From NCBI GenBank assembly GCA_965221775.1, contig CBDCSU010000005.1, positions 288,001 to 352,000 on the forward strand: a stretch of 64,000 nt of DNA, written 5' to 3'. The DNA comes from Candidatus Latescibacterota bacterium (GTDB taxonomy: Bacteria; Latescibacterota; UBA2968; UBA8231). The notes below the pieces were generated by a model. It had not been told where the DNA came from. It saw only the letters and a list, made by a program, of their open reading frames with translations, and did no database searches. Position 1 is the stretch's first letter; each line of letters begins with the position of its first letter. A program made the translations under genes and the position numbers. Shown here in pieces: positions 46,419 through 56,518 of the stretch.

Positions 46419-47731
46419 ACGACGGCTCCGAGGCCTCCCGGGCCCTGATCCAGGCCTTCTTCCACCTCCATCCCGCCGAGGCCGCCCGGGCCCTCGGGAC
46501 CGCGCCCGTGCCCGAGGCCCTGGGCCAGCTCGACGCCGGCGGCGGCCCCGAGTCGGCCCGGGTCTTCGAGCGCCTCGACCCGGACCGGGCCGTCCAGCTT
46601 CTCGAGGAAATGGACGAGGCCCTGTTCCGGCGGCTCTGGACCTCCATGGACCCCGGCGTCGGCGCCGCGCTGCTGGCCCGGCTCGCCCCCGGGGCCCGGC
46701 CCCCGCGCCTGGCCGCCCTGCCCCGCGAGCTGGCCGCCGAGATGGAGGAGCTCATGCGCTATCCGGCGGGATCGGCGGGCAGGCTCATGGATACGGCGGT
46801 GACCGTGTTCCGCGCCGACGAGACCGCCGGTGAGGCTCTCGACCGGATCCGCTCCTTCCCCGAGCGGCGCGTCCACGACCTGTGCGTGATCGACGGCGCC
46901 GGGCGGCTCACCGCCGTGCTGCCCCTGCAGCAGGTCGCCGTGGCCCAGCCCGCGGAGAGCCTCGGCGGACTCGCCCGCAGACCGCCGGTCAGCGTGCAGG
47001 CCATGGCCTCCCGCGAGGAGGTGGTGGAGCTGCTCGAGGCCCACAAGCTCTCCTCCCTGCCGGTGGTCAGCTTCGAAGGCCGGGTGCGGGGGATCCTTCG
47101 CCACGACGCCCTGGTGGAGGCGGCCCAGCAGGAGGCGACGGGGGACCTGCAGACCATGGTCGGGGCCGGCCGCGAGGAGCGCGCCCTGTCGCCGCCGGCG
47201 CTGGCCGTCCGCCAGCGCCTGCCCTGGCTGCAGGTCAACCTGGCCACGGCCTTTCTGGCCGCGGCGGTGGTGGCCCTCTTCGAGGACACCATCGCCCGGT
47301 TCACGGCCCTGGCCGTCTTTCTGCCGGTGGTGGCCGGCCAGTCGGGCAATACCGGCGCCCAGGCCCTGGCCGTGGCCATGAGGGGGCTGGCGCTGCGCGA
47401 GTTCCGGCCGCGCAACTGGTTCCCCGTGGCCCGCAAGGAACTGCTGGCGGGGCTGACCAACGGACTGGCCGTGGCCCTGGTCACCGCCCTGGCCGCCTAC
47501 CTGTGGTCGGGCGGGATCGGGCTTCCCCTGGTGATCGCCACGGCCATGGTCTTCTCCATGGCCATGGCCGGCCTGACGGGGGCCCTCATCCCCGTGGTCC
47601 TCACCGTCCTCGGCAAGGACCCCGCCCAGTCGGCGTCCATCGTCCTGACCACGGTGACCGACGTCCTCGGCTTCCTCAGCTTCCTGGGGCTGGCGGCCCT
47701 GGCGGCCTCGACTCTCGGCCTGGCTCTGTAG
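46415..47731 (+). CDS. mgtE: Magnesium transporter MgtE
   Basis: YPAGSAGRLM, CBS pair, RLPWLQVNL, LAVFLPVVAGQSGNTGAQ, DPAQSAS..LTTVTDVLG. Confidence 0.92.
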   Translation: MNDGSEASRALIQAFFHLHPAEAARALGTAPVPEALGQLDAGGGPESARVFERLDPDRAVQLLEEMDEALFRRLWTSMDPGVGAALLARLAPGARPPRLAALPRELAAEMEELMRYPAGSAGRLMDTAVTVFRADETAGEALDRIRSFPERRVHDLCVIDGAGRLTAVLPLQQVAVAQPAESLGGLARRPPVSVQAMASREEVVELLEAHKLSSLPVVSFEGRVRGILRHDALVEAAQQEATGDLQTMVGAGREERALSPPALAVRQRLPWLQVNLATAFLAAAVVALFEDTIARFTALAVFLPVVAGQSGNTGAQALAVAMRGLALREFRPRNWFPVARKELLAGLTNGLAVALVTALAAYLWSGGIGLPLVIATAMVFSMAMAGLTGALIPVVLTVLGKDPAQSASIVLTTVTDVLGFLSFLGLAALAASTLGLAL

Positions 47732-48698
47732 GGGGGCTCCCGCGCGCCGGCGCAGTCCTCTCGTGGCACAGCTGCGCGATCTCCGCCCCCACGATGAAGA
47801 GCATCGCCGCCAAGTAGAGCCAGAGGGCCAGGGCCACGGAGAGGACATAGGCTCCGTAGAGATACCAGATCGAAGCGAAATGGCCCAGGTAGTAGCCGAA
47901 GAGCCACTCCGCCAGCTTCCACAGCAGGGCGGCCCAGAAGGCGCCGGTGGCCAGCGCCTTCATGCGGGGCCTTCGGGAGGGAACGAGCCAGTAGAGACCG
48001 AGGAAGACGGCGAGGATCAGGGCCGTGGAAGCCAGGTCGTAGAGGTGGGTCAGGTGCGAGTGCAGGGGTGACAGGGCGATCTCCAGGACCGCCACGAGGA
48101 TGGGCAGGGACAGGACCAGGAGCAGGAAGGCGCACAGCACCACCAGCACCAGGGCCAGATCCTTCAGCTTGCCCAGCGCCCCGGGCAGGGCCGCCCGAAG
48201 GAAGCTCATCTGCTTCTGCGAGGTGCTCAGCTCCCTGAGCCGGTCCACCGCGGAAGGCCACTGCCGGAGAATCCTGGCCATCGCCCTCGGCTCGCCGCCG
48301 GAGGCCTGGAATACCGTATCGAGAATCGTCCTCATGCTGGTGAAGAGGCCGCTGACGCTCAGCATCAGGATCGACAGGCCGGAGATCCGGTAGGTCTTCT
48401 TGAACTCGACCACGTCGGGGATGCGCGAGGAGAGGGCGTCCTTCAGGAAGGAGGCCTCCTCCCCGTAGGGGATGAAGACCTCGACGGTCCGGTTCACCAG
48501 CCAGGCCAGGGACGCCGCGTCGAGCACCGCGCCGAGGACGAAGAAGACGAGAAAGACCAGGGGGACGAGGCTCAGGAGGGTGGCGAAGGCGAGGCCGCCG
48601 GCGAAGAGGAAGAGGTGGTTCTCGCTCATGCGGCTGGCGAGGCCGCCCAGGTACCAGGCCAGGAAGCCCTGCCCGGGTCTCTGTCCCTGGTCGCTCAT
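47676..48698 (-). CDS. YihY/BrkB family inner-membrane protein
   Basis: AGGLAFATLLSLVP, LYWLVP, YGA......LWLYL......GAEI. Confidence 0.88.
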   Translation of the reverse strand: MSDQGQRPGQGFLAWYLGGLASRMSENHLFLFAGGLAFATLLSLVPLVFLVFFVLGAVLDAASLAWLVNRTVEVFIPYGEEASFLKDALSSRIPDVVEFKKTYRISGLSILMLSVSGLFTSMRTILDTVFQASGGEPRAMARILRQWPSAVDRLRELSTSQKQMSFLRAALPGALGKLKDLALVLVVLCAFLLLVLSLPILVAVLEIALSPLHSHLTHLYDLASTALILAVFLGLYWLVPSRRPRMKALATGAFWAALLWKLAEWLFGYYLGHFASIWYLYGAYVLSVALALWLYLAAMLFIVGAEIAQLCHERTAPARGSPPTEPGRESRPPGPPAPGS

Positions 48699-50771
48699 CT
48701 AGAAGGCCTGTCCCACCGAGAGGTACACCGACGGGCTGGAGAGCCGCTCCCTCCAGCCCACGTCCAGGCGTACGGGGAGGCCCGGGTCCCACCGCAGGCC
48801 GCCCCCGTAGCCGTCGACCATACCCCCCCACCCGGCCTCCCGGGGCCCGCGCCAGACGCCGGCGCGGTCCCAGAACGCGACGAGCCCCACCTGGCCCCGG
48901 TGCAGGCGCAACTCGTTGCGCAGGTTGATTCCCGCCCGGCCGCCGCCGAGGGCCCCGATGGTGTCCCGGTTCACCCCCCGCACCGAGCCCTCCCCTCCGA
49001 AGGTGATCCAGTAGGCCTGCGGCAGGTAGCGGTCGCGGCGCAGGGAACCGGTCACCACCCCGCGCACGGCATGGGCCCACAGCAGCCAGGGGCGGATGCG
49101 CAGGTAGTTGCGGGCCTCGGCCTCGCCTCTCAGGACCCGGCTCCGGTCGCCGCTGAACTCCCAGGCGAAGAGCCCCGCCAGGCGCACGAAGTCGCCCCGC
49201 GCCGGCGCGATCTGGCTGTCGCGGGTGTCGCGCAGCAGATCGACCCCGAAGTTCAGGGTGTTGGCGCGGTCCGCCAGCAGCCGCTGCCAGGTGGCGTCGA
49301 TGGGGATCCAGCCGTCGTCGTAGGGGAAGGCGCTGCCGCCCTGGGCGGGGCGCCCGGAGGCGTCGCCGAAGGGATCGTCGCCGCCGAATAGACCGTCGTC
49401 GCCGAAGCCGTCGCCATCGAAGCCGTCCTCCACCTCGCGGACCTCGAGGTCGATCCGCCGCCCGGCGAGGGGTTGAACCCGGAACCGCGTCCAGTCCGCG
49501 GTCAACGACGCCTGGTAGACCCTCACCCCCTCGGCCTGCCGGCGCCGCGCCAGGCTTCCCTTCACCTGCCACAGCCGCTTCACCGACGGGTAGCGGTACT
49601 CCAGACGCGAGACGAAGGCCGCCGCCTCCAGGGGCCCGGAGAACCGATCCAGCTCGTCGACGACGGAGTGGTTGGCCGCCAGCCGCGCGAACTGCACCGA
49701 GTCCGCGGGATCGGCGCTCACCCGGGTCCGGCTCCAGTCGTCGGTCATCCCCGCCGTCAAGGTCAGATCGAGGTTGGACCCGAGGAGGCCGTTCTCGGTC
49801 AGGAACAGGGTCAGCCCCTGCCGGGGGCGGCCCAGGTTGGCCTCGGTGCCGATGCTGTTGCCGCGGCCGAGGAAGTTCTCGTGGCGCAGCTGCGCCGACA
49901 GGCCGGGCTCGTTGTTGTTGACGAAGGCCCGGGCCCCCAGGTGGCGGGAGGGGCGCTCCTGCAGGCGCAGGACCACGGGCTGCACGCTGTCGCCGGCGGC
50001 CTGCTCCGGCGTCTCCAGGGTCACCGAACGGAACAGACCGGTGCGGGCCAGGTTGTTCCGCGAGGCGCGCACCGCCTCCGGGTCGTAGAGGGCCCCCTCG
50101 CGGAAGGTGATCATCCGCCGGATCAGGGACTCCCGGGTCCGCAGATCCTCGTCCGCCAGGCGCACGCGGCCGAAGTACATCTTCGGCCCCGGCCTCACCT
50201 CGAAGGTGACCGAGCCCAGCTGCTTCCCGGCGTCGTAGTCGAGCCGGTTGCGCACCTCGGCGTGGGGGAATCCCGCCTGGTTGAGCATTCCCAGCAGGGC
50301 GCGCTCGTCGCGCAGCACGTCCCCGTAGCGCAGCACGTCCCCGGCTCGCACCCCCACCCGCGACTCCAGATCGGGCAGCACCGCCTTCCCCGGGGCCGCC
50401 TCGACATCGACGGCGGCCACCCGCCACTGCCGGCCGCTGTCGATCCACAGGTGCAGGTGCAGCCGGCCCTCGCCGTCGAGGTAGTAGCGGCGCTTCACGA
50501 TGTCCACGTCCATGTAGCCGCGGCTGCGGTAGAGGTTCCTGATCTCCGACAGGTCCGACCGGTAGAACCGCGCCTGGAAGCGCTCCCCCACCCGCGTCGT
50601 CATCGCCGCCCGCAGGGCGTGGTTGGTGATCGGCTTGGCCTGCACGTGCTCGAAGTGGATGCGCTCCACCTTCGGCTCTCCGAGATCCCGGAGCTGCACC
50701 GCCCGCAGCGGTCCCTGACCGGCGGCCGGTCCCGCCAGCGCCAGGGACAGCAGCAGAAGGGCGGGCCTCAT
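48699..50771 (-). CDS. tamA: Omp85 family outer-membrane protein (TamA-like, 3 POTRA + barrel)
   Basis: Signal peptide, POTRA motifs (YRSRGY, GFPHAEV, LARTGLFRSV), DTRD...PARG, GGEGSVRG, NELR, ends LSVGQAF. Confidence 0.8.
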   Translation of the reverse strand: MRPALLLLSLALAGPAAGQGPLRAVQLRDLGEPKVERIHFEHVQAKPITNHALRAAMTTRVGERFQARFYRSDLSEIRNLYRSRGYMDVDIVKRRYYLDGEGRLHLHLWIDSGRQWRVAAVDVEAAPGKAVLPDLESRVGVRAGDVLRYGDVLRDERALLGMLNQAGFPHAEVRNRLDYDAGKQLGSVTFEVRPGPKMYFGRVRLADEDLRTRESLIRRMITFREGALYDPEAVRASRNNLARTGLFRSVTLETPEQAAGDSVQPVVLRLQERPSRHLGARAFVNNNEPGLSAQLRHENFLGRGNSIGTEANLGRPRQGLTLFLTENGLLGSNLDLTLTAGMTDDWSRTRVSADPADSVQFARLAANHSVVDELDRFSGPLEAAAFVSRLEYRYPSVKRLWQVKGSLARRRQAEGVRVYQASLTADWTRFRVQPLAGRRIDLEVREVEDGFDGDGFGDDGLFGGDDPFGDASGRPAQGGSAFPYDDGWIPIDATWQRLLADRANTLNFGVDLLRDTRDSQIAPARGDFVRLAGLFAWEFSGDRSRVLRGEAEARNYLRIRPWLLWAHAVRGVVTGSLRRDRYLPQAYWITFGGEGSVRGVNRDTIGALGGGRAGINLRNELRLHRGQVGLVAFWDRAGVWRGPREAGWGGMVDGYGGGLRWDPGLPVRLDVGWRERLSSPSVYLSVGQAF

Positions 50772-50772
50772 C

Positions 50773-53700
50773 TCAGAAGTCCTTGCCCACCTCGAGGCCC
50801 AGCCCGTAGAGCTCGTACTGGGAGTGGGCGGTGACCTCGAGCAGGAGCCAGGAGGTGATCCCGTACTCGACCTCGAACTGGCCGAGGGAGGGGTCCTTGG
50901 TGATCGCCTCGTAGCGGACCCACATGGGCAGGGGCCAGGTCAGGCGCTTGCCGATGCGCACGGAGGTCTCGCCGATGGTGCCCTGGGCGGTCCCCGAGGG
51001 CAGCACCAGGAACTCGTCGAGGCCGGCCTCCTGCACCCGCCGGCCCAGCAGCAGCTGCCCGGCCGCCGTGTACAGGCCGGAGTAGTTGTACTGAGCCTCG
51101 TTGATGGTGCCGAAGGCGAGGAGGCCGAGGATCTGCCGGTCCGTGAGTCCGGGGGAGGTCCACTGCGGCGACGGGGCCAGCACCGTCCCATCCAGAGTCA
51201 GGGTCACCTCGTACTCCTCGTCGTCCTGGGGCACCTTCACCCGGGTGACCACCTCCAGGTCGAACTCGGGATCGAGGAGGATGGGCTCGTGGAACAGGTC
51301 GAGGATCGAGTAGGTCGGCACCAGCTTGTCGAGGACGACGCGCCCCCCCGGGGCGAAGGTGAAGGGCCGGCTGAGGAGGATCACCGTTCCTTCCTTGACC
51401 TCCAGCTCGCCCTGGAACCGGGGCTTGTAGAACGTCCCGTAGACCCGCACCCGTCCGTCGACGTCGAGGTCGGAGAGCTCGGACCGCGACTTCAGCTCCA
51501 CGATGTCGACGTAGACGTCCATGCCGACCCCGCCGAGGAGCGGGTCCTGCACCGCCGGCGGCGGCGGCACGGGCTCGGCCAGCTCCACGAGCTGGATCTC
51601 CGACAGGGACCGGTCGAGGAGGACGCTCCCCTTCACCAGGGAACCCTCCGGCTCGCCCGTCAGGGCCAGGTCGACATCGACCCGGGGAGCCGCGAAGTAG
51701 TCGCTGTAGTAGTAGGGAAACCTCCCCGACAGGCGGACCTCGTAGTCGATCTCCTCGACGCTGTCGACGTCGAGCCACCCCTCCATCCGCACCTGCCCGC
51801 CGCCCCGGGTGGGGCGGCCCTCGAGGCCGGCAAGCTCGCCGCGGGTCCCGCCCCCGGCCTTCGGCGTCAGGACGAGACGGCCCCCGGGGAAGCGGTACCC
51901 CGGCCGGACGTCGATGAGGGAGAACCCCAGGTCCTCGACCTCCACCTGCCCGGCGATCCGCGGCCGCGAGTGGAGGGAGTCGGCCGCCAGGTCGAAACGC
52001 ACGCGGCCCGACAGGCTCTCCAGCGGCACCAGGTCGAGGAGGATCAGCAGGTCGATGCCCTCGGACCGCGCCGCCAGGGACAGCCCCTCCCAGAGGGGCC
52101 GGCCCGCGGCGAGGGGGACGGCGGCGGTCACCACCAGGCTGTCCTCCACGGGGGTCACCCAGGCGGCGCGGGCGGAGCCGCCGCCGGCGCCGGACGACAG
52201 CCGCGCCTTCAGGTAGCCGAGACCGTCGAGGTCGACGAAAGCCTCCGAGCCCACCCGGAGCCCTTCCTCGCCCGGGACGACCTCGAGGCTCCCGTCGAGC
52301 CGGCCCGGCGGCAGGGCGGGGGCCCCGGGGACGGCGAGGGTCAGCGCCTCCAGGTCGAGGTCGGCGAGACGCAGCCGGATCCCGCCCGCGCCCTCGCCGG
52401 CTCCACCGTCCAGGACCAGGCTCCCGGCCTCCTCGAGGTGTCCTGCTGCCGCCCGTCTCCAACCATGGTCGACCCGGTCCGGGGATACTTCCAGATCGGG
52501 GTCGCGCCGGAAGACGAGCACGGGCAGCTCGAAGCCCTCGATCCTCGGGCGGCCCCGGGACAGGTGCACGGAGGCCGGTTGCGGGAGGGCCAGGCGCAGC
52601 CGCTCCCGCTCCAGGACCAGCTCGCCGAGTTGCAGGCTCCCCGCCGCATCGGTCCAGCCGAAGCCCTCGAGCAACGCGCCCGCCGGCAGGGAGAGGTCGG
52701 CCCCGGCGCTCAGCCGCAGGCCGGTGGAGTCCTCGAGGATGTGGGTCGCCAGCCACGAGGCGTCGAGGCCCTCGGCCCGCAGCCGCAGCCGCAGGCTGTC
52801 GCCGTCGGCGGCTCCCCCCTCGACCGCGGAGGCCGGCGACGCCAGCCGCAGGGCCAGCTGCCCGGCCTTCGAGGTGTCCTGCCGCAGCTCGAGGAAGACC
52901 CGGAGGCTGTCCCCGAGGTCCAGGGTGGCGCGCACGGCGCCGATGGAACGTCCGTGGAGAGCGAGTTCCTCGAGGTACGCCCGGAGGGCGAAGTCCGGGT
53001 CCGTGAGATCCCCCTGCGCCCGCAGGAGCGCCCGCCCCCGGGCGGTGAGGCCGGCCACGCCGGTGGACTCCACCGAGTCGAGGCCCGCCGTGAGGTCCAG
53101 CTGGCCGTTGTCGACCCTGGCTCTGACGCTGACCTCCCCCAGGGGCGTGCGCACGCGGCTGGGCTTCAGGAGGCCGCGGCCCTCGGCGTACTCCAGGACC
53201 GAGGGCCCGCCCAGGGACACGGGCCAGCCGCCGAGGGAGCCCGACGCCCCGTCGATGCGCACCCGCAGGGAGCCGGCCAGCGGGTCGTGGAGATCTCCGG
53301 AGGCCGCCGCCCGGCCGCCGAGGACGCGCACGGAATCGGAGGCGCCGGCGCGCCGCAGGACGGCGTTCCGCAGGGAGGCGCTCCCCCGGGCCCGCCCCGC
53401 GGTATCGACCCTGGCCCGCAGGTCGACGCCGGGAGCCGTTGCCGTCAACTCCAGGGCGCCCTCGGCGTAGTCGGCGTCGACGGCCGTCGGGCCCAGGCTC
53501 CATCCGGCGACGCGCAGGTCGTCCACCTGCAGCTGCATGCCCCCCCGCCCCTGCGCCCCCAGGAGGCCGTCCACGGACGCGGTCCCCGTCGCCGCCCCCT
53601 CGACCATCGACACAAGCCGGGACAGGTCCAGGCCCAGGACCGCGGCCGACAGGGTGTCCAGCTGCGGCGAGGCGAGGTCGGTGCCGAGGCGGGCGCGCAA

Positions 53701-55137
53701 CCGCCCCGTGCCCAGGCGCAGGGCGAGGTCGAGGTGGCGGAAGTCGCGCAGGGCCGCCTCCGCCACCAGGGGTCCGGGCAGGTCGAGGCCGCAGGGGAGG
53801 TGCTCCGACCGCAGCCGCAGGTCGAGGACCTCCGGCCGCCAGCGGCCGCGCACCGACGCGGGCAGGACCGTCCCGAGCCAGGACCCGACGTCGAGATCTC
53901 CGTCCAGAAGCAGGTCGTAGGTCTCCCACGACAGGCCGCCCGAGGCGGTCAGCTCGCCCAGTTGCGGGCTCCTCGCCGTGAGCCGCAGCGCTGCGTCCTC
54001 CAGCGACCCGTCGAGGTACAGATCGACCGGCCCGGGGGCGATCCCCTCCATGGCGGCCACCCGCAGGTCCAGGGAGGCCCGCGGGGAGTCGAGAGCACCG
54101 TCCACGGTCACGCGGCCGTGCGCCGTGCCGCCGTATCCCTCGACAGGCAGCCGCCTCAGGTCGACCTCCCGGAAGTCCACCTCGATCCCGAGGCTCCCGG
54201 GACCCGTCCGGTAGGCGCCGCCGGCGACGAGGCGGCCCCCCGCCACCCGCAGCCGCAGTGAGTCGGCCCGGATCTCCGAGGTGTCCAGGCGCCCGGCCAG
54301 GGCCAGGCCGACGTCCCCGAGATCCGGGTCCCTTCCCTCGCCGTGGGCGCGCACCTCGATCCGCACCGGTGACGCCGTCCCCCGGGCGGCGATCTCCAGC
54401 GTGTCCACCTGCATCGACCCGGCCCGGCCCTCCAGCCCCAGGTGGAGATCGAAGGTCACGGCCTGGCCGAGACCAACCCTTCCGCTCGCCCTCGCCGTGC
54501 CCTGACCGACATCGGCGGCCCCCCAGGCGATGCGGGCTTCCTCCAGGGCCATCTCGTCCGGCCCCAGGCGCCAGCGCGAGCTCAGCCGGCCGTCCGCCAG
54601 GGTGGAATCGGAGACCACCGACCAGGACCCGGCCAGCAGATCGAGGATGGCTTCCGACGGCGATTCTCCGGGAGCCAGGCGGGCCTCGATGCCACGGAAC
54701 GCGGCGGACGGGCCGTCATCGGGCTCTATCTCGAAGACCCCCCCGTCCACGTCGATCCGCGGCAGGTCGGCTATCGGCAGAAGGAGGGGTGCGCCGGATG
54801 CGGTTCCCTGTCCGCCGACTCCGGCGGCGGTACCGGCACCTGCCCCCGGGCGCCAGCGGACCTCCGGCGCCCGCAGCGACAGGCGCCAGTCCCACGGGTA
54901 CAGGACCAGCTCGTCCACCCGGGCCTCCAGGCCCTCGGAGAGCTCGGCCCGCAGGTCGCCGAACCGCGGCGAGGCCGCCAGCACGCCGCCGGTCTCGCCG
55001 ATGCGCAGGGAACAGCCGCGCGACGCGGCGGCCCACTCGGCCGCCCGGGCGGTGAGCCACACGCCGCCGGGGGTCGCCAGCAGCGCCACCGCCGCCGCGG
55101 CCAACGCCCCGATCGCGCCCAGGAGAGGTGGAGCCAC
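50773..55137 (-). CDS. tamB: Translocation/assembly module TamB-like (AsmA/DUF490) protein
   Basis: 1454 aa, N-terminal membrane anchor, beta-taco-like repeats, DUF490-like C-terminus (P.....S.P.L....IL.LL.FG; IGKRL). Adjacent to the Omp85 gene. Confidence 0.8.
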   Translation of the reverse strand: MAPPLLGAIGALAAAAVALLATPGGVWLTARAAEWAAASRGCSLRIGETGGVLAASPRFGDLRAELSEGLEARVDELVLYPWDWRLSLRAPEVRWRPGAGAGTAAGVGGQGTASGAPLLLPIADLPRIDVDGGVFEIEPDDGPSAAFRGIEARLAPGESPSEAILDLLAGSWSVVSDSTLADGRLSSRWRLGPDEMALEEARIAWGAADVGQGTARASGRVGLGQAVTFDLHLGLEGRAGSMQVDTLEIAARGTASPVRIEVRAHGEGRDPDLGDVGLALAGRLDTSEIRADSLRLRVAGGRLVAGGAYRTGPGSLGIEVDFREVDLRRLPVEGYGGTAHGRVTVDGALDSPRASLDLRVAAMEGIAPGPVDLYLDGSLEDAALRLTARSPQLGELTASGGLSWETYDLLLDGDLDVGSWLGTVLPASVRGRWRPEVLDLRLRSEHLPCGLDLPGPLVAEAALRDFRHLDLALRLGTGRLRARLGTDLASPQLDTLSAAVLGLDLSRLVSMVEGAATGTASVDGLLGAQGRGGMQLQVDDLRVAGWSLGPTAVDADYAEGALELTATAPGVDLRARVDTAGRARGSASLRNAVLRRAGASDSVRVLGGRAAASGDLHDPLAGSLRVRIDGASGSLGGWPVSLGGPSVLEYAEGRGLLKPSRVRTPLGEVSVRARVDNGQLDLTAGLDSVESTGVAGLTARGRALLRAQGDLTDPDFALRAYLEELALHGRSIGAVRATLDLGDSLRVFLELRQDTSKAGQLALRLASPASAVEGGAADGDSLRLRLRAEGLDASWLATHILEDSTGLRLSAGADLSLPAGALLEGFGWTDAAGSLQLGELVLERERLRLALPQPASVHLSRGRPRIEGFELPVLVFRRDPDLEVSPDRVDHGWRRAAAGHLEEAGSLVLDGGAGEGAGGIRLRLADLDLEALTLAVPGAPALPPGRLDGSLEVVPGEEGLRVGSEAFVDLDGLGYLKARLSSGAGGGSARAAWVTPVEDSLVVTAAVPLAAGRPLWEGLSLAARSEGIDLLILLDLVPLESLSGRVRFDLAADSLHSRPRIAGQVEVEDLGFSLIDVRPGYRFPGGRLVLTPKAGGGTRGELAGLEGRPTRGGGQVRMEGWLDVDSVEEIDYEVRLSGRFPYYYSDYFAAPRVDVDLALTGEPEGSLVKGSVLLDRSLSEIQLVELAEPVPPPPAVQDPLLGGVGMDVYVDIVELKSRSELSDLDVDGRVRVYGTFYKPRFQGELEVKEGTVILLSRPFTFAPGGRVVLDKLVPTYSILDLFHEPILLDPEFDLEVVTRVKVPQDDEEYEVTLTLDGTVLAPSPQWTSPGLTDRQILGLLAFGTINEAQYNYSGLYTAAGQLLLGRRVQEAGLDEFLVLPSGTAQGTIGETSVRIGKRLTWPLPMWVRYEAITKDPSLGQFEVEYGITSWLLLEVTAHSQYELYGLGLEVGKDF

Positions 55138-55155
55138 GGAGCGGTCCGCCGCGCC

Positions 55156-55977
55156 TCAGCGCAGCCGGGTCAGCTGCGCCGAGGGCCGGAAGAGCGAGTC
55201 GGGAAGGGCTTCCTGCGAGAGCCGCAGGACCTTGCGCGAGAGCCGCAGGAGCTGCTTCTCGGCGCCCGATCCGGCGGCGGTGAAGACATCCAGCCGGGAG
55301 CTCATCGGGAATCCCTCGAGCGCCTCCAGCTCCTGCTCCAGGCGCCCTGGATCTTCCAGGCCCTCGCCCAACCCGCCCCCGAAGGCGAGGGGCGCCAGCG
55401 AGGTGCGCGCCTTCTGCAGGCGCTGGAAGGAGGTGATCTCCTCGTAGCCGGGGAATCCCGCGGCCATCCACGCCTGGTAGAGGTAGCGGTTGGTGCGCCT
55501 CACCTGGCGCGTGCCCGGCCGGAAGTGGCGGGCCGTCATCTCCACCGCCACCCGGCCGCAGAGGATGCCGGCGATCTCCATGCTGTCGGGAAGGGCGCGC
55601 GTGCGGAAGGAGATCTCCCGGTTCGGATCCTCCCTTGGGCTCGCCGCCGCCGGCCTGGCGGCCGGCAGGGACGCTTGACGGACGGTCAAGGCGGTGCGGT
55701 CGATGTCGTACATCCGGCCCTGGTCCAGGCGCAGGATCGTCGTGGACCGCAGGCTCTTCCCCTGGCTCACCAGCACCCTGGCCATCCGCTCCGAGGTCTC
55801 GATGTCGGCGCTGACGCGCTGCTTCGGGCCCTGGATGTAGACCTGGTACACGGTTCGCCGGGCGCCGCTCTGGCCCGGTCCTGCGCCGGTGTGAACGACC
55901 TCCTCCTCGTAGAAGATGTCGGCCTGGGCCGCCAGGGCACCGGCCAGCAATGCAACCGCCAGGTGGAGCTGCCTCAT
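55156..55977 (-). CDS. Secreted hypothetical protein (DUF4412-like)
   Basis: Signal peptide ending AAQA-D. TILRLDQG, EIAGILC, GFPM motifs. Confidence 0.6.
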   Translation of the reverse strand: MRQLHLAVALLAGALAAQADIFYEEEVVHTGAGPGQSGARRTVYQVYIQGPKQRVSADIETSERMARVLVSQGKSLRSTTILRLDQGRMYDIDRTALTVRQASLPAARPAAASPREDPNREISFRTRALPDSMEIAGILCGRVAVEMTARHFRPGTRQVRRTNRYLYQAWMAAGFPGYEEITSFQRLQKARTSLAPLAFGGGLGEGLEDPGRLEQELEALEGFPMSSRLDVFTAAGSGAEKQLLRLSRKVLRLSQEALPDSLFRPSAQLTRLR

Positions 55978-56124
55978 GGTCGGGCTCCGTCGGTGACTGG
56001 ATGGAGAAGGCAGAATATAGGCAGGCAGGGGAGAGGAGCACCCTGCCGGGCGGTGGACCGCGGCTTCCGGCTCAGGCGTACGTGTGGGACCGCAACGCGC
56101 CGGACCGATGGGCCGGCTCTCCTG

Positions 56125-56517
56125 TCAGCGGATGCCGATCGTCTCGACCCCGTGCTCCCGGAGCTGGTCGAGGAAGACGATGATCTCCTCGTACGGAAGG
56201 TCGCCGGAGCCGGTGAACATCACCTTGCGCCTGGCCTTGGATCCCGGGGGGAAGAGCACGTCGATCTTGCGCAGGAGTTCCTCCATGGTGACTTCCTTCG
56301 TGTCCAGAAGGATGCGCCTGTCCGCCGTGTACTCCACGACCGGATCCGGCTTGACCTGGCCCGAAGCCGTGCCCGCTCCCTGGGGGAGGGTGGCCGAGAG
56401 CGTCTGGAAGATGATCGGCGTGATCACCATGAAGCCGAGCAGGAGCGAAAGCGATACGTCCGCCAGGGGCGTGACGTTGATCGACGACTCGGAACGCGTG
56501 CTTCGGGTCGTGTACAT
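56125..56517 (-). CDS. exbD: Biopolymer transport protein ExbD/TolR
   Basis: INVTPLADVSLSLLLGFMV with the conserved Asp, PYEEI...D. Confidence 0.88.
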   Translation of the reverse strand: MYTTRSTRSESSINVTPLADVSLSLLLGFMVITPIIFQTLSATLPQGAGTASGQVKPDPVVEYTADRRILLDTKEVTMEELLRKIDVLFPPGSKARRKVMFTGSGDLPYEEIIVFLDQLREHGVETIGIR

Positions 56518-56518
56518 G

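Noticed and set aside
50311-50343. 18-nt tandem duplication (GDVLRY GDVLRD) in the TamA-like POTRA region
   Set aside because: Two copies only and in frame, with no sign of a phase-variable tract.
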